A stretch of 64,000 nt of DNA from Octopus vulgaris (taxonomy: Eukaryota): contig OX597818.1 of NCBI GenBank assembly GCA_951406725.2, positions 122,636,001-122,700,000 on the forward strand. Reading direction: 5' to 3'. The position numbers were made by a program, and so were the translations under genes. The notes under the pieces were generated by a model. It ran no database searches. It saw only the letters and a list, made by a program, of their open reading frames with translations, and was not told the DNA's origin. Positions 12,630 through 26,348 of this stretch are shown here, piece by piece (the first letter of the stretch is position 1; each line of letters starts with the position of its first letter).

Positions 12630-14078
12630 TATTTGACGGAAGTACACCAACATTTTGCTGAATCCCTAACTGATGTCATCCAGAACTCAGAGCAACTACT
12701 TGCCTGGCTGACCGAAGGAACAACATACCTTCTACCAAAAGCTATCTCAACACCACCTACAAGATCCTCACATCCATACTAACTGAAAGAATATACACTT
12801 TCCTTGAACAAAACTTTAATCATTTCACAAAGCTCAAAAAGGTTGTAAAAGGAATTCTTATGATTGCAAAGATCAATTACTCATAAATAAAAGGATTGTT
12901 GAGAATTGCCAGAGCATGGTATGGATAAACGACAGGAAAGCGTTTGGTACTGTATCATATAATTAACTACTCAAGGTTCTTGAGATATATAAAATCTCGC
13001 CTGTCGTTTCCAAATTCTTACAAGGTAGCATGGCCAAGTGGAATACACATCTCCTTCTACACCATAGTAATGGAATGAGCCAATGTAACAACACCAATAT
13101 CAAACGAGGCATATTTTTTAGGTGACTCCCTTTCCTCATTACTCTTTTCATGGCACTGATCCCACCCTCAAACGAACTGAGTAACACCAGGTATGGGTAA
13201 AAAATATAATATTATAGTAAACCATCTGTTTTATATAGATGATCTGAAGCTGTTTCCTAGAATTGACTGAGAGCGAGTAGGCCTGTTAACAACTGAGTAA
13301 GACTCATACTAAAAACTGAACTCAACTCCAAAACTTGCATCGGACTGGCCACTTCGAGTAGTCAAATACGGTTTTAACATCATTTACTGGAATCTTACAG
13401 AGCTCCAACGCCTGGGCAGGAAGACAAAAGAAAACAACTAATGTCTAACAACAGGCACCACCCTAAAGCAGATGTTGATCATCTGTACCTACCTAGAAGT
13501 GATAGGGGAAGAGGAATGATGCAGGTAGAACTGTGCTATAAAACCTCCACAACAGCAATGAACAAGTACTTATCTAGTACAGAGGACTTGACGCTACGGC
13601 TTTTGTGCAAACACGAAAGCAGCAAAAAATCACATTCTATTGTCAAGGAAGTTTGCAAATTCGCAAGGAAACTCGGCATTAACCCTGAATTAAATGGAGT
13701 AACTGAAACCACTGCCACCAATCATTCAAAATAGATCAAACTGCAAAAAAGAACGGGCAGAAACAAATTGAGGAGCGGCAGAGCCAGAAGGTTCTGCATG
13801 GACAGTATATACTTCGAAGGCGAAATGCTGATGCAGAACAAACAATAACTCATCAGTGTCTGTCGAGCTCAGGACTGAAAAAAGAGAGTCAAAGTTTCCA
13901 AGCTGACATTGTTTAAAACCGTTCTGACGCTAAATGCAGATTCTGCGATGAATTTGATGAAACAATACATCATCTCATCTGGGGATGCCCTCTGCTGACA
14001 CCAAATGAATGCAAAAATCGCCACGATAAGGTAGGACGGTAATTATATTGGAAGTGGACAGCTGACTCTTTCCCGCTG
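12630..14078 (+). pseudogene. decayed R4/Dong-like RT-RLE retrotransposon
   Basis: WLTEGTTYLLPK, CKDQLLINK, IKRGIF.GDSL, HLFYIDDLKLF, HHPKADVDHLYLPRSDRGRG, CRFC..DETIHHLI.GCP; many stops and frameshifts; starts after (TAA)n. Confidence 0.8.
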
Positions 14079-14177
14079 AAGAAGAAGAAGAAGAAGAAGA
14101 AGGAGAAGAAGAAGAAGAAGAAGGAGAAGAAGAAGAAGAAGAAGAAGAAGAAGAAGAAGAAGAAGAAGAAGAAGAAG

Positions 14178-14208
<31 letters not shown>

Positions 14209-14520
14209 CGAAGAAGAAGAAGAGGAAAGAAAGAAAGAAAGAATGAGAAGAAAGAAGAAGAAGAAAACAAAGACGAAGAAGAAGTCGAAGAAGAAAAGAA
14301 GAAGAAAGAAGAAGAAGGAAGAAAGAAGAAGAAGAAGAAGAAAAAGAAGAAGAAGAAGAGGAAGAAGAAGAAGGAGAAGACGAAGAAGAAGAAGAAGAAG
14401 AAGGAGAAGAAGAAGAAGAAGAAGAAGAAGAAGAAGAAGAAGAAGAAGAAGAAGAAGAAAGAAGAAGAAGAAGACGAAGACGAAGAAGAAGAAGAAGAAG
14501 AAGAAGAAGAAGAAAAAGAG
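14078..14520. repeat. (GAA)n purine microsatellite, about 440 bp
   Basis: Direct inspection. Confidence 0.95.
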
Positions 14521-14602
14521 GAATGATTTTATATATTCTCCTAAATGAATTTCGTTTAGATAGTATAGTAGTATACAGATATCTCTATACATTTATCTAT
14601 CT

Positions 14603-14638
<36 letters not shown>

Positions 14639-15621
14639 TTTAAAATCCTCCATTTTAACTGAGAATGTTTTAGATTTCTAATAATTCATTCATAATAGAA
14701 CTTTCATGTTTGTTTAATTTTATCAACATTTGTAGCAGTATATGATTAGTCATTATATGTGCATGTTTACTTCGGCATTGTTCATATTTGATACTCTGTA
14801 ATATTATGATTTGCATATTAACTGCTTCGTAGATTAGCTACACAATTGCTAATAGCTTGTTGAACGAACTTCATTAAAAATTGCCAACTAATTAATTACT
14901 ATGCAATTGTAAACTTATATGTGATTTAATGTGGATAGTCGAAATGTTACACTTTCGCATATAATTTTTCACTCTCACCAACTCTATGAAATATGGATTT
15001 GTTGTTCTTGATATGTTTGCTTGGTCGTTGTTTCATCACATATCACAATTTATGCTTCTTCTATATCAAAGTAATGATCAGTGAAAACGAAGAAGGAAAA
15101 TATTCATAATAAATTAGATACATTTATTGTGTCTTGTTTATTGTATCCAATTATACTGAGTAATAGATTCTGTTTTCTAAAAACAGTTGAATAATTTGGT
15201 TTGTTAATTGTTGTTGTTGTAACTGTATACAGACGCAGTTGTAGACGTAAATACAAATTTACATCAAATGTCAAAATGTTACAAGGTCAATGTCGCATGA
15301 AAACATGAATGTCTTATCACCTATAAAATTTGTTGTAGCGAAAATCTGTTTTTTCACAAGATTTTAAAGTATTCTTTAAAATTGATATTCCCATGATATG
15401 ACAATGTGTGATCCTTTTCTATTAACTTAATGATCGTCTTCCACGGAATTACAATCATAATTAAATGACAAAATTCCTTATCAAGGAGTCTTCAAGTGTA
15501 TTGTATCAAACCATGCAGGACAAGAATACTTTTATTGAAAATAATTGGAGAAATTTGGTTGGACGTTGAAATCCATTGTTAGGGAATATTCATATTTGTA
15601 ATATCAAGCTATTCTCAACAT

Positions 15622-16012
15622 ATCTTTTATCTTTCACTTGTTTCAGTAATTGCACTGCGACCAGTCTAGGGTAATAACTTGAAATGTTTTGCTGAACAAA
15701 TCGATCCTAAGAATTATTTTCAAGTATGGTACTTATTTTGTCGTACTGTTTTGCCGAACCGCTTGTCAAGCGGTAGGGGGACAAGCACGGTTACAAAGGC
15801 TCAGATACAGGTACGTGCACAGACACACACACACACACACACATATATGGATATATACACGAGGGGCTTTACACAGTTTCTGTTTACCAAATTCACTCAA
15901 GAGCAATTGGTTGGTCTGGGGCTATAGTGGACACACAATTGTTGCAAGTCGCTGTACAATGGAACTGAACTCGAAATCATGAGATTGCGAAGTAATCTTC
16001 TTAATTATACCT
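15622..16012 (-). mobile_element. degenerate SINE family B, both halves around an internal (CA)n
   Basis: cttgtttcagtaattg...gccgaaccgc...(CA)n...taccaaattcactcaagagc homologous to 19765-20076. Confidence 0.7.
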
Positions 16013-16374
16013 GTACACACTTTTAAAGATATTAAATAAATGTTTGTCTCCCGATTTCGTTGTTACAGTAGTAGAATGGGAGTGTGAAACGAATAACGAT
16101 ATAGGCTTTGTTATTTTGTAACTTATTTCACTGTTTTCTTCAGTGATCTGCAGTATGGAGATTTTTGTCTACGTACGATGTGACACAGTTGAATACGCAA
16201 ACGGATATCCGCCGCTCACAAAATTGATTACACAAATTTCTTTAATTGTCTTGGGATCAACATTTTATAATACAAATTTTAAAATGTCCTTATATTTATT
16301 TTATTCTTTCTTTTGTGATTAGAGTTCTATAACATTGGGTGGAAGTGTATCAGTAGTGTATGTTTCATATATAT

Positions 16375-16556
16375 CTGTTTCCTCTGTCTTCCCTTCTCTG
16401 GATCTTTCCTTCTCCTATGTTTCCGACGAAAAGCCCCGCTCGAAACGTTAAAGCCTCCTTCTTTCCTTCTTTCCTGAGCGTCCAATAATACTATATTTGT
16501 TCCATGTCCTCGCGTTGTTGTGTTTTTTTTTTGTGCTTTCATGTTTGGATTAACCT
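16375..16556 (+). mobile_element. short non-coding PLE-pLTR-like repeat with hammerhead variant (16419-16453)
   Basis: Same family as 26345-26550 and 28375-28500; gttt-CCGACGA-a..gctc-GAAA-cgtt-aaa; next to (TA)n. Confidence 0.65.
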
Positions 16557-16557
16557 G

Positions 16558-16590
<33 letters not shown>

Positions 16591-16714
16591 TATATAGAGA
16601 GAGAGGGAGAGAGAGATAGATAGACAGACAAACAGATAGATAGATAGTTAGATACATGCATACATACATACATACACACATACATACATACATACTTACA
16701 CATATACGGACGCA

Positions 16715-16773
<59 letters not shown>

Positions 16774-17089
16774 ATATATATGCGCGTGTGTGTATGTACA
16801 CACACATATATATATATATATATAAAACTGATTTGCGTCTTGGACTCTAATGAAGCGCTAGCATAATATATTACACTTTGTAACAAGGATTCCAAGAACT
16901 GTTTTAAGGCAAAATGCCGTTAAAAGAATCCCTTTACCATCTTTAGCCATTGATAATGTTTTGAAGTAACTATTCAACTGAACAGCCTTCTCCAAAGACC
17001 TTGACATGTGATAAAACTTCTAAGACTACACAATATAAAGGTAATGAAAGTATTGCAAATAGTGCTCTTGTTGATTGCTAGAGTGTGAA

Positions 17090-17700
17090 GCTGGTTTTAG
17101 AGTTCAAGGAGAAATATGGTTTACCTTTTATCAACAGGAAACACGTTTGTGAATGATGTGCCAAATTTGTGTCCATAACCATTAAGTGGATGCATATATC
17201 AAAAGAAAACAGAAGTTACTGTGCTGAAGCATCGGGAAAGAATAAAGTCGTTCTGAAAACATCTCTTAGAAAAAGATGAACTATGTATTTTTTTGTTTTA
17301 TCAAAGGCATTCAGTATGTGATGGAACTGAAAGAATGGAAAGGTTGCAGTCATGAAAACTATAGATAAAAATAAACAAAACTATTAAGCTCCATACGTAA
17401 ATTTTTAATGTCTACATTGTAGCAAAACGAAACAAGCCAATTTCCCTGATATTGTTGAAAGTGATGTGCAAATATTATAACAGATTGGATATGGAAATGA
17501 ACTCCTTAAATAGAAAACGTCTACTAAAATAACTGAAAATATGAAAGAAATTAATAATGAAATATTTGTTAAAATAACTCCATAGAAATTGTAACGTTGT
17601 CAATAATGTATCTTCAACGATATTTATTCAAAACGTTATTTTTGTTAAAGATGGCAACAGCAATTTCTTTTTTCAATCAACATTTTAGGTGGGAGTGCTG
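17090..17700 (+). pseudogene. decayed hAT-type (ZNF862/KIAA1586-like) transposase fragment
   Basis: Patchy translation FKEKY..., IFNVYIVAKRNKPIS..., QI.NRLDM...LNRK.STKI.E resembles the FN.AY.IAK.N.P...LQ..NG.DMG...SR block; highly degenerate. Confidence 0.35.
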
Positions 17701-18996
17701 GGTGTGGAGAGATGAAATGGTATGGTCCTGAATAGACTTGCACTTGTTTAGTCAAAACTTTACATTTTGCAACGTTTGGTAACACATTGTGATGACATAT
17801 TCTTTCGTTGGAGTAAGTGTAAATTTAGGCGAGGTGAATGTTGGAATGGATAATTGTCTTCTTTAGATCATAAGACGTTACCGTTTCTGTCATTATCTGC
17901 AACTCTATCTGAATGTTTTTGACAAATATATTTATCATTTCAAACAAATTAATCGATTTAAATTACTTTGTGTATGAAACATACAGGAGTTTTCACAAAA
18001 GAAATAGAAACAAAAGGAAATTTCAGTATTTAAATCGATACGATTAGCACCCTCTGCTGGTCGCCTTGGATTTACATTTCAGTATTAAATGCTTCTTGAG
18101 TATTGTTTAAATATAGTCTTATATAGGAAACATTTTACAGGAATAGAAAACGATCTTTACCGCAATTGTTTTTCTGATAACTTACAATTTCAATAAAAAA
18201 AAAAACTACAATCACACACACGCACATGCAGGCGCGCATGTACATACACACACAAACACGCACACACAAACTCACATACACTAACACACATATCGATTAA
18301 AATATTCAAACGTACAAACACACAGAGGCACACACACACAGAGGCACACACACACACACACAGGCATATATAATACTACACAGACATATATACATGTATA
18401 TATATTAAAAGGAAGGAACAATAGTCTAAGCTACGTCTTCGTGAAGCACATCTGCGTATTGTAATAATTCAATGAATGCATGAAGATGTTTACTTAAAAT
18501 GAGTGAATCTTAGATGAAGTTGAGATTCCTGGGGAATTCTAACATTTAGAAAGTTTCTATGTTTAAACAAAGATTGGAATATGAGATACCATTTTAATAT
18601 TTGTAATTCAGAGTTACACAAGTTTCACTGCAATATTGGGTATTCATTTTATGAATATAAATATTAATACTCATAATAGTGTAAATGTAAATTCATAACG
18701 GGTATACACATTCAAGATATAAATATGGAATATTATCGAAGCAATGTTCAAACGGATACAATTAAACACTTGAAAATTTCCTTATATATAAAATACATAT
18801 AGAAATTACCTAGAGGGAGAGAGAGAGGAGACGGATAGAAAGAAGGAGGAGGAGAGAGATTAAAGGAGAGGGAGAGAGAGGAGGAGGACAGACAGAGAGC
18901 GTGACAGGATCAGTAGAAGGGGAAGGAAAGAGATACAGGAAAAATCTAAGTTAGGAGGATGTACAAGATAGGTTATTTCATACATGTGGGAAGAAG

Positions 18997-19733
18997 CCAG
19001 TGAAATCTGGAGGAGGCCGTGTGATAGTATGGAAAGTGATCTCTGCTGCTGGTCCTGGTACACCCATTCGCCTTCAATCGACTCTCAATGCCGAAATCTA
19101 CAAGCAGATTCTTAGCATGCCTTTCCACATCTCCGATTCTCGTCACTTCAACCTCCTATCTTCGTGCAGGACAACGCTACCTGTCACACTGCAAAGAGAA
19201 TAAAAAATATTTTGAATGTTCAAGGGGTTGATCGCATGTGATGGACACCGCAAAGTCCCGATCTGAATGCTACAGAAAATGGTTAGAAAATTAATGGAGA
19301 TGGGGTGTGAAGGAGAAATACAAAGAAACAAGTTGAATTCTGGGAAATATTGAAAATCAAATGGAACAATATTGCTCCATCATTTTGCAAGAAATTAATT
19401 CAGTCCTGTGGTAACAGATGTCAAGAGATTATTGATAGTAAAGGGATGTTCACAAAATATTATTGCAAGGGTTTCTTTTTTGTTCTTGGTCCCTTTTTCA
19501 TTGTTTTCTAAGTGACCCTTAACTTTTGGCCGTTGCATTTTGGAAGCTTATTTGTTTATTTCCTCGTAACGTACGAAATATTTATTCCATTGACTTGAAA
19601 TTTTTTTTTATGAATGATAGATATGGGATATATCCAAATATGTGTAAAATATATAGTCTCAGTGTTTTCTTAATCTATAATAAATATTTCAATACATTTG
19701 TTCTTACTAACCCTTATATTATGGTTGCTACTG
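18997..19733 (+). mobile_element. Tc1-family (DD34E) transposon remnant, 3' half
   Basis: VKSGGGRVIVW, FVQDNATCHTAK, WTPQSPDLNATEN, KKLIQSCGNRCQEIIDSKG..TKY; ends ...ggttgctactg, consistent with a CAGT-starting TIR. Confidence 0.85.
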
Positions 19734-19764
19734 CATATATACACATCTCTCTTTCTCTTTTCTC

Positions 19765-20076
19765 TCTTTTACTTGTTTCAGTCATCTGACTGTGGCCATG
19801 CTGGAGCACCGCCTTTAGTCGAGCAAATCGACACCAGGACTTATTCTTTGTAAGCCTAGTACTTATTCTATCGGACTCTCTTTTGCCGAACCGCTAAGTT
19901 ACGGCGACGTAAAAACACCAACATCGGTTGTCAAGCGATGTTTGGGGGACAAACACAGACGCACAAATATATACACAAGGCTTTGATCAGCCCGAAGCTA
20001 TAGTAGAAGACACTTGCCCAAGGTGACACGCAGTGGGACTGAAGCCGGAACCATGTGGTTGTTAAGCAAGCTACTT
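19765..20076 (-). mobile_element. SINE family B copy interrupted by the L1/Tx1 insertion (remainder at 25514-25548)
   Basis: SINE sequence ...ggttgttaagcaagctactt resumes as agcaagctacttaccacacagccactc at 25514. Confidence 0.85.
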
Positions 20077-20304
20077 TATTTCATATAATTTGCCATTTAG
20101 GCATTTACAAAGAGGGGACAAACAAGGACAGACAAATATAAAGAGTGAAGTAGCTTAACACAGTTACAATTTTCGAATGAAATTACGGATAAGATTATAA
20201 ACAATGAATTTTACGAAGGCAATGTTTAAAAATATTAATGATCATGTCGAAGGACGGACACCCAGCCATCCGGGTAGAACCTTTACTTTCTGATCCGGTC
20301 ACAC

Positions 20305-23300
20305 TTACCTGGTGCCAAACATACCCATCTTGTATGCCACAGGCTTCCATCTTTTCACAAACATATCTCGTGACAGACACCTCTTCTCCAGCCTGATTTT
20401 GCTACTGAGGTGGTAACTAAAAAAGTTAATCAACCCCTGGCCGGAGACAAAGGTGCCTGTCACTATACCTTTCGTACGCGTCTTCCATACTGTTTCTTTC
20501 AGTATGGCTACTACACAGAAAAAACAAGCCTTTCTTTCCCTGTTAAGGAAAGGGGGCGGCACAATCTCGATGATAGACTCAGCCGATAGCTGTACTCTTC
20601 CCATCACTGACAACAGTTGTTCAACAAAAGCTATCAGTCCCGATAACTCCGGACATTCCACGAATGCGTGCAAGACGGTCTCCCTATCCTGCTCACATCG
20701 CGGGCATGTCGGCGAGACGGCACTACCGTGCCTTGACAGCTTGTCGCGAACAGGTAAAGCCGCACGGAAACACTGCCAGGCCAGGGATTTCTGGTAATTA
20801 TCCAGATACCCCGGCCCGAAGTCTTCCGGAACATGTTGACCAACTGATTTTCATCGTAGCCCAGGGTCTCCCCCAAGGCGTCTTCGGACTTAATCTCCAC
20901 TAACCCGCTGTAGAAATCCGTGGTGGAACTCCTGTTGCCGGCGTTGCCCACCCGAGATAGTAGCTGGAGCGCCTGACGGCACTCCAAATGCCATTCACTC
21001 AGTTTAGGTCTCCGCTTGATCCATGCACCGATGTCCGTTAGGGATGTTAACTGGGGAAGGTAGAACCGGACGTGCGGCGACCACACCTGCTCTCCATCCA
21101 GGTAAAGCCAGAGGTGCCTCAACCTTAACGCGAGTTTTCGCATCCTCAGCCAAGGCATCCCTAGCCCACCCTTTAGCGGTTTCTGGCAGCAGACAGAGCG
21201 CTTTACAAGTGGCTTTCCTCCTTTCCACAAAAATCGGAAAAGGATTCTCTCCAACTTGTTCAGCCACAAATCGGGGCAAGGCACCACGGTCAGACGGTAG
21301 GTGATTACTGATGCTATAAACATCTGCACCACCTCCGCCTTCCCTAGCAGGGATAACGCCCGCCCAGACCAGGTCTGGGTTAGAGCGGTCACCTTGTTGG
21401 CCACCTCACTCCAATTTTTCTCAATCTGGAGGTCTGGCCCGAACCAGACTCCGAGCAGCTTAACAGGACCTTCCGTCCAACGTCCTACGACGTTATTGGA
21501 CTGCACCGGCTTGCCCCTCCAGGTGCCGAGTTGCAAACCGACCGACTTGTCCTTGTTAACCTTTGCTCCTGCCACCGCCTCGTAGCTTTTGATGGCCTCT
21601 TCCACCACTGGAAGCTGGCCTTCGTCTGCCACGATGATGGAGGTGTCATCCGCATACGCCGTAGCTCCTCTTCCACACCATAGATCATGCGGCGCGCCCC
21701 CTAGTGCCTCCAACTTCCGCAGCAAAGGCTCAAGAGCCAATACGTATAGGAGCGAGGACAGGGGACACCCTTGACGAACTGAACGCTCGATCCTGAACGG
21801 CTTCGAAAAGGAACCGTTCACCTTGACTACAGACTCGATGTCGCTATACAAAGCAGCGATCCAACCTCGAAAGGTCGGGCCGAGGCCAGCCTCTCCGAGG
21901 ACCGCCGCCAGGTACCGATGGTCGACCCTATCAAATGCTTTGGACAGGTCTAAATGTACCAGTGCTCCCCCTGCGCCAGAAAGCTTCCCCACCCTCTCTA
22001 AGGAGTAGCGTATAAGGTGGAGATTGTCGTGGATCGTTCTGCCGGGGATAGCGCACGTTTGCGCTTCCCCGACAAGTTTGTCCACGACCCGCGCCAACCT
22101 TTTTGCTAGCACCTTGGCCAGAATCTTTAACTCTGTGTTTAACAGAGTTATGGGCCTGAAGTTCCCTATCTCGTCCCCCTTGTTCGGGTCCTTCCTGATC
22201 AACGTCACCGCCCCCCGGCTCGCAGACTTGGGAATTCTCCCATTCTGCTGCCAGTTGGCGTAGACGCTAGCCAGCAGGTGCCCGAACAAGTCTGGCATAC
22301 TTCTATAAAATTCATAGAGCAGACCATCGAGACCCGGCGACTTCTCCCCGGGGCACTTGCCCAACACCTCGATTACTTCCTCGGCTGTGATTGGCCCCTC
22401 ACAGCACTCAGCCTCTCGTGTCGAGAGGCGCGGGCCACCAGACAGGAAGTCCCTAAGGGCCTCGCCATGATCCAGCGTCCCGCACCTCCCGAACAACTCG
22501 GCGAAGTGCTTGTGAAGTGCATCACGCATCTCGTCCCGGTTCTTGATCGTGCATCCGTTTTCATCAACAAGAGACCCAATTGTGGCATCGTTTCCACGCT
22601 GTGTTTCTATCGTACGGGCCCATCCGGCAACATTAATTCCCTCACGGCCCAATGCTCGTACTTTAGCCCGGACTCTACATCCCTCATGTTTGGTTTTGAG
22701 GTGACGGTCTAATGCCGTTCTCGCCGCTAAAATGTGAGATGCAGAGCCCAACCTCAACGCCTCCTCTAAGTTCTTAACTATTTGCCCTTCTATTCTAGCC
22801 CTATCTAGTCTTAGTTGTTTACTAAATCTAATGGACTCGAATCGAATGGCTCTTTTGAGGGTGAACCACCACCGGTTATTAACCACGGCTCCGTCTAACG
22901 CCCTCTGCACTAACACCTTAATCCGGCTACGGTATGCCTCGCGTGTCAAAATAGACTTGTTCAGCTTCCAGTAGCCGGTTCCTATCTTAAGTGTGCTATC
23001 TATGTCCAGTCTACACGTGACCATTCTATGGTCAGTATAGGGCACCTGGACGAGCTGTGGACAACTAAAACTAGACTTATCTCTAGTTCTTATCACTATC
23101 CTGTCTAGATAAGACTTGAACCTTCCGTCGCCACTCATCCAGGTCCACTCTGGGACGTTCGGATGGTCAAGTCTGTAACGATCTGCTAGCTGAAACCACT
23201 TAAGCAGATCCACGAGACGTGAGTTCACTTTCCTATAGATCGAGCCAACGCTATCGATGTGTACGTCAACGATAGCATTAAAGTCCCCTAATATCACTAA

Positions 23301-23705
23301 AGTCTTCGACGTCACGAGAAAGCCCTCTAGGCGCCGATAAAAATCAGTTTGGAAACCTCTAGCACAAGGTGCATAGAGTCCGATCAACCTGAAGGCCTTA
23401 CTGCTGTATGTCACATCAAGGACGACCAGCCCACCTTCTGGGTCTACATAGACTGTACTTGTCTGTAGAGCCAAGTCTTTACGGATCAGTACCACTACGC
23501 CCCCTCGCCCTCCGGTCTGGCCAGGAGACATGATTTTCTCGTAGCCATTCAGGAGAGGCGAGAAGGTTTGTAGGCTGTCCAGCTTGGTCTCTGTAGCAAC
23601 CATCACATGTATATCATGTGATCTGAGGTCGTCGAGGAAACAAGCCTGCTTCCACTTCGAACTCAGACCACGCACATTTAAACAACCAAGGTTAAGCGAA
23701 GCCAT
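20305..23705 (-). CDS. LINE ORF2: APE endonuclease + reverse transcriptase + C-terminal CCHC (one frameshift near 20810)
   Basis: NVRGL, GDFN, YLDR, TDH (APE); PGLDG, FRPITLLN, KAFDRV, RQGCPLS, YADD (RT); CPRC..ETVLHAFVEC continues in the 20305-20673 frame. Confidence 0.92.
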
Positions 23706-23722
23706 TACAAAAAGTAAAAGTT

Positions 23723-25144
23723 CTACTTACATTTCGTTGGAGAAGTGGGGGCCGACCTCACACGTTTGTGGGCCCCTTCTTTCTCCTCTTTCTTCAGATA
23801 GTCCGGCAAGTTCGCGATATGCCGGATGGCGTTTGGGTGTCTGTCTTTTAATTGTTTGAACGTTGTTTCCGCAATCCACGCGTGTCTATTTCGATCTTTG
23901 TATTTGTTGTACAGTCTTGCTGACTGATGCTGAACCACAATATCGTTTATGTATTTGTCTTGTGTGTCGAATTCAATTAATATGAGTTCATTTTCTTTTT
24001 TGTCTTCTTTTTCTGGGCCAGTTGAGCGGGATTTTTTTTTCCGTGTCTGTGGTGTGTCTTTGTTTTTATTATTTTTTGTAGGGGATGTGGACGGGGATGC
24101 TGCACGAATTCTTTTATGAACTGGTGTAAATCCCCCCTCTGATACCTCCATGGTATCGTCTGGGGTAGCAATAGTTTGTTCGGTAGGCGCCGCAGTTTTT
24201 AGGGGGTGGGAGGTTTTAATAGTGTAGGGGTTTGTGAGTGCGAGGGCTGGGTTTTTTCTTCAGTCTGTTTTGGGGTTGGCACCGTAACAGCAGGAATGGG
24301 ATTTTTTGTTTTTGTAGGGGTAGGTGTGTTTGCAAGGGTAGGGACTTTTTTATTATCTGAGGGGCCTGGTGTCTGCGGTTTCTTTTGCTTGTCTGGACAG
24401 TCTACACGAATGTGGCCCTTTTTGCCGCAGGCGTAACAGGTGGGTTTTCGGCCTTCGACCTGTACCCTGAGGGCTACGTTCTCGCCCACGAGCACCCTCT
24501 CAGGAAGGAGCTGCAGGTCCTCCGCTGTTCCTTGAATTAATATATTAATGTTACGCCCGAGCCAAAATAGAGGGGTAGAGCATGTTACTTGAAGTATTTT
24601 TATTTTGTCCCCTTTTATATAACAGGGCGGCCACTACCTCTACCGGATCTACTTCCGGCGGGGCTTCTACAATCCTGACCCGGGACGACCTGCGTCCCCT
24701 ATAGCTTGGGAAAAGTACCACCTCCTTGGTTTTTAGGGGGTTCAAAGAATGCCCGCGGGCCATTTCTTCCCCCGAGAAGCGGACATCCACAGTGCCATAT
24801 GCCCGTCCCCTGGCGACGTACACGATGTCCTTCCAAATCGGGGACAGGCATTTCTCGATGGTGCTTTTTTCAAAGTGTTTGAACCTTCTGCTTTGTGGAC
24901 AGAAAGTTTTAAACACTACAGTCCGCTTCTCGGTCTCCACGATACTGGCGGAGGGTGATATTTTAACATCACCACCCTCCTCTTGCATTCTTTTAAATAG
25001 CTCGACGAGCTGGTTGACATCGATGTCAATGTTCTCGGTAGCCACTGCGGCTACCGCAGAAAATCTTTTAACATTGCTCTCCTCAAGAGCACTACTTTCG
25101 TGGATAATTTCAACAGGCATTATTCTGTTGAAATTAGACAACAC
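23723..25144 (-). pseudogene. LINE ORF1 (RRM-like region + CCHC zinc knuckle + Pro/Lys/Thr-rich tail), frameshifted
   Basis: Fragments 24551-25144, 24199-24495 (CYACGKKGHIRVDC) and 23723-24151; ends 17 nt before the ORF2 ATG. Confidence 0.85.
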
Positions 25145-26279
25145 AAAAATTACGAATATTGGTTTCCCACAAAACTGGGAAACCTATAGAAAGTTTTTCT
25201 TCCAAAGTAGTTCAAAAAAGCAGTTCAAAAATTCCAATTCCCACCCCCATTCGGGGGAGGGGCACGAAAATAGTCTGGCAGGACTATATATAGTCACGTA
25301 AATAAAAAGCCACAATGGCTAACAGTTCAACGGTAAGAAATTATTCAATTATTTCCCGGTAAAACCGGAGAACAAGACAGTTCAGCAACGTTTAAAGGCA
25401 AATTTTCAGTAGTAGGAATTCAACAATTAACAACACAGCAAAACTCTTACCGGGAAGAAAACGCGTCCAAACCGTAGTACGGTAAGCAAAGTCACTCTTC
25501 TGTCAGTGAGGTTAGCAAGCTACTTACCACACAGCCACTCATGCACCTATGTGAATAAGTATACATATTTATTTGTTTACACACCCACTCACCCATACAT
25601 ACATGCATATGATTGAGTTTGTGCGTTTTCATATATAAGGATATGTATAGATATGTATATGTATAGATATGTATATGCATATATACACAGGTATATATAA
25701 TGTAGGTATTTATATGTATATATTCATATATTATTTCTTTGTACCTATGTATAAATCAAGTTAAATTTTAAATCACGTTTACATATTAAGTAAATTTTTG
25801 AGAAAATTAAATTTTATTCAATAACTTACAATTATGAATAATTTTATTAAATGATTTCTATGTTATCCTAAATAAACTTGAATATGATAACAAATGTTTA
25901 TAAATTGCCCATTCTATCTTGTGTATCCTGCACATTAATTTTTTCCTCTATCTCTGTCTCCCCTTTCTTTCTCTTTCTATATTTATCTATCTATTATTTT
26001 CTTCTCTGTTCTTTTCTTTCTCTAGCTCTCTATACTCAAAGTAAATTCTATAAGCTGTATATAAATAATTTTTCCAAGTATTTGACAGCATTATATTGAA
26101 TGTACATTTAAAGATTAGGACTTGCAACATTTTCTACATGTTTATATATTTATATATCTATTATGAATTTATCATATTTATAGTATAATTACTATTTATA
26201 TTTTTATTTATGAAATTTAATTCTCCTATGGTAATACAAGGCGAGTAGCACAGAGTTAAAATACTAACAAATATTCCAT

Positions 26280-26344
<65 letters not shown>

Positions 26345-26348
<4 letters not shown>

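Larger units (their letters stand above)
20077..25513 (-). mobile_element. full-length L1/Tx1-clade LINE, about 5.4 kb
   Basis: ORF1 + ORF2 + UTRs; 12-bp TSD AGCAAGCTACTT at 20065-20076 and 25514-25525. Confidence 0.92.

Noticed and set aside
13975-14592. Poly-Leu/Ser/Arg ORFs
   Set aside because: (GAA)n microsatellite
20453-22712. Plus-strand ORFs overlapping LINE ORF2
   Set aside because: Antisense shadows of a GC-richer coding region
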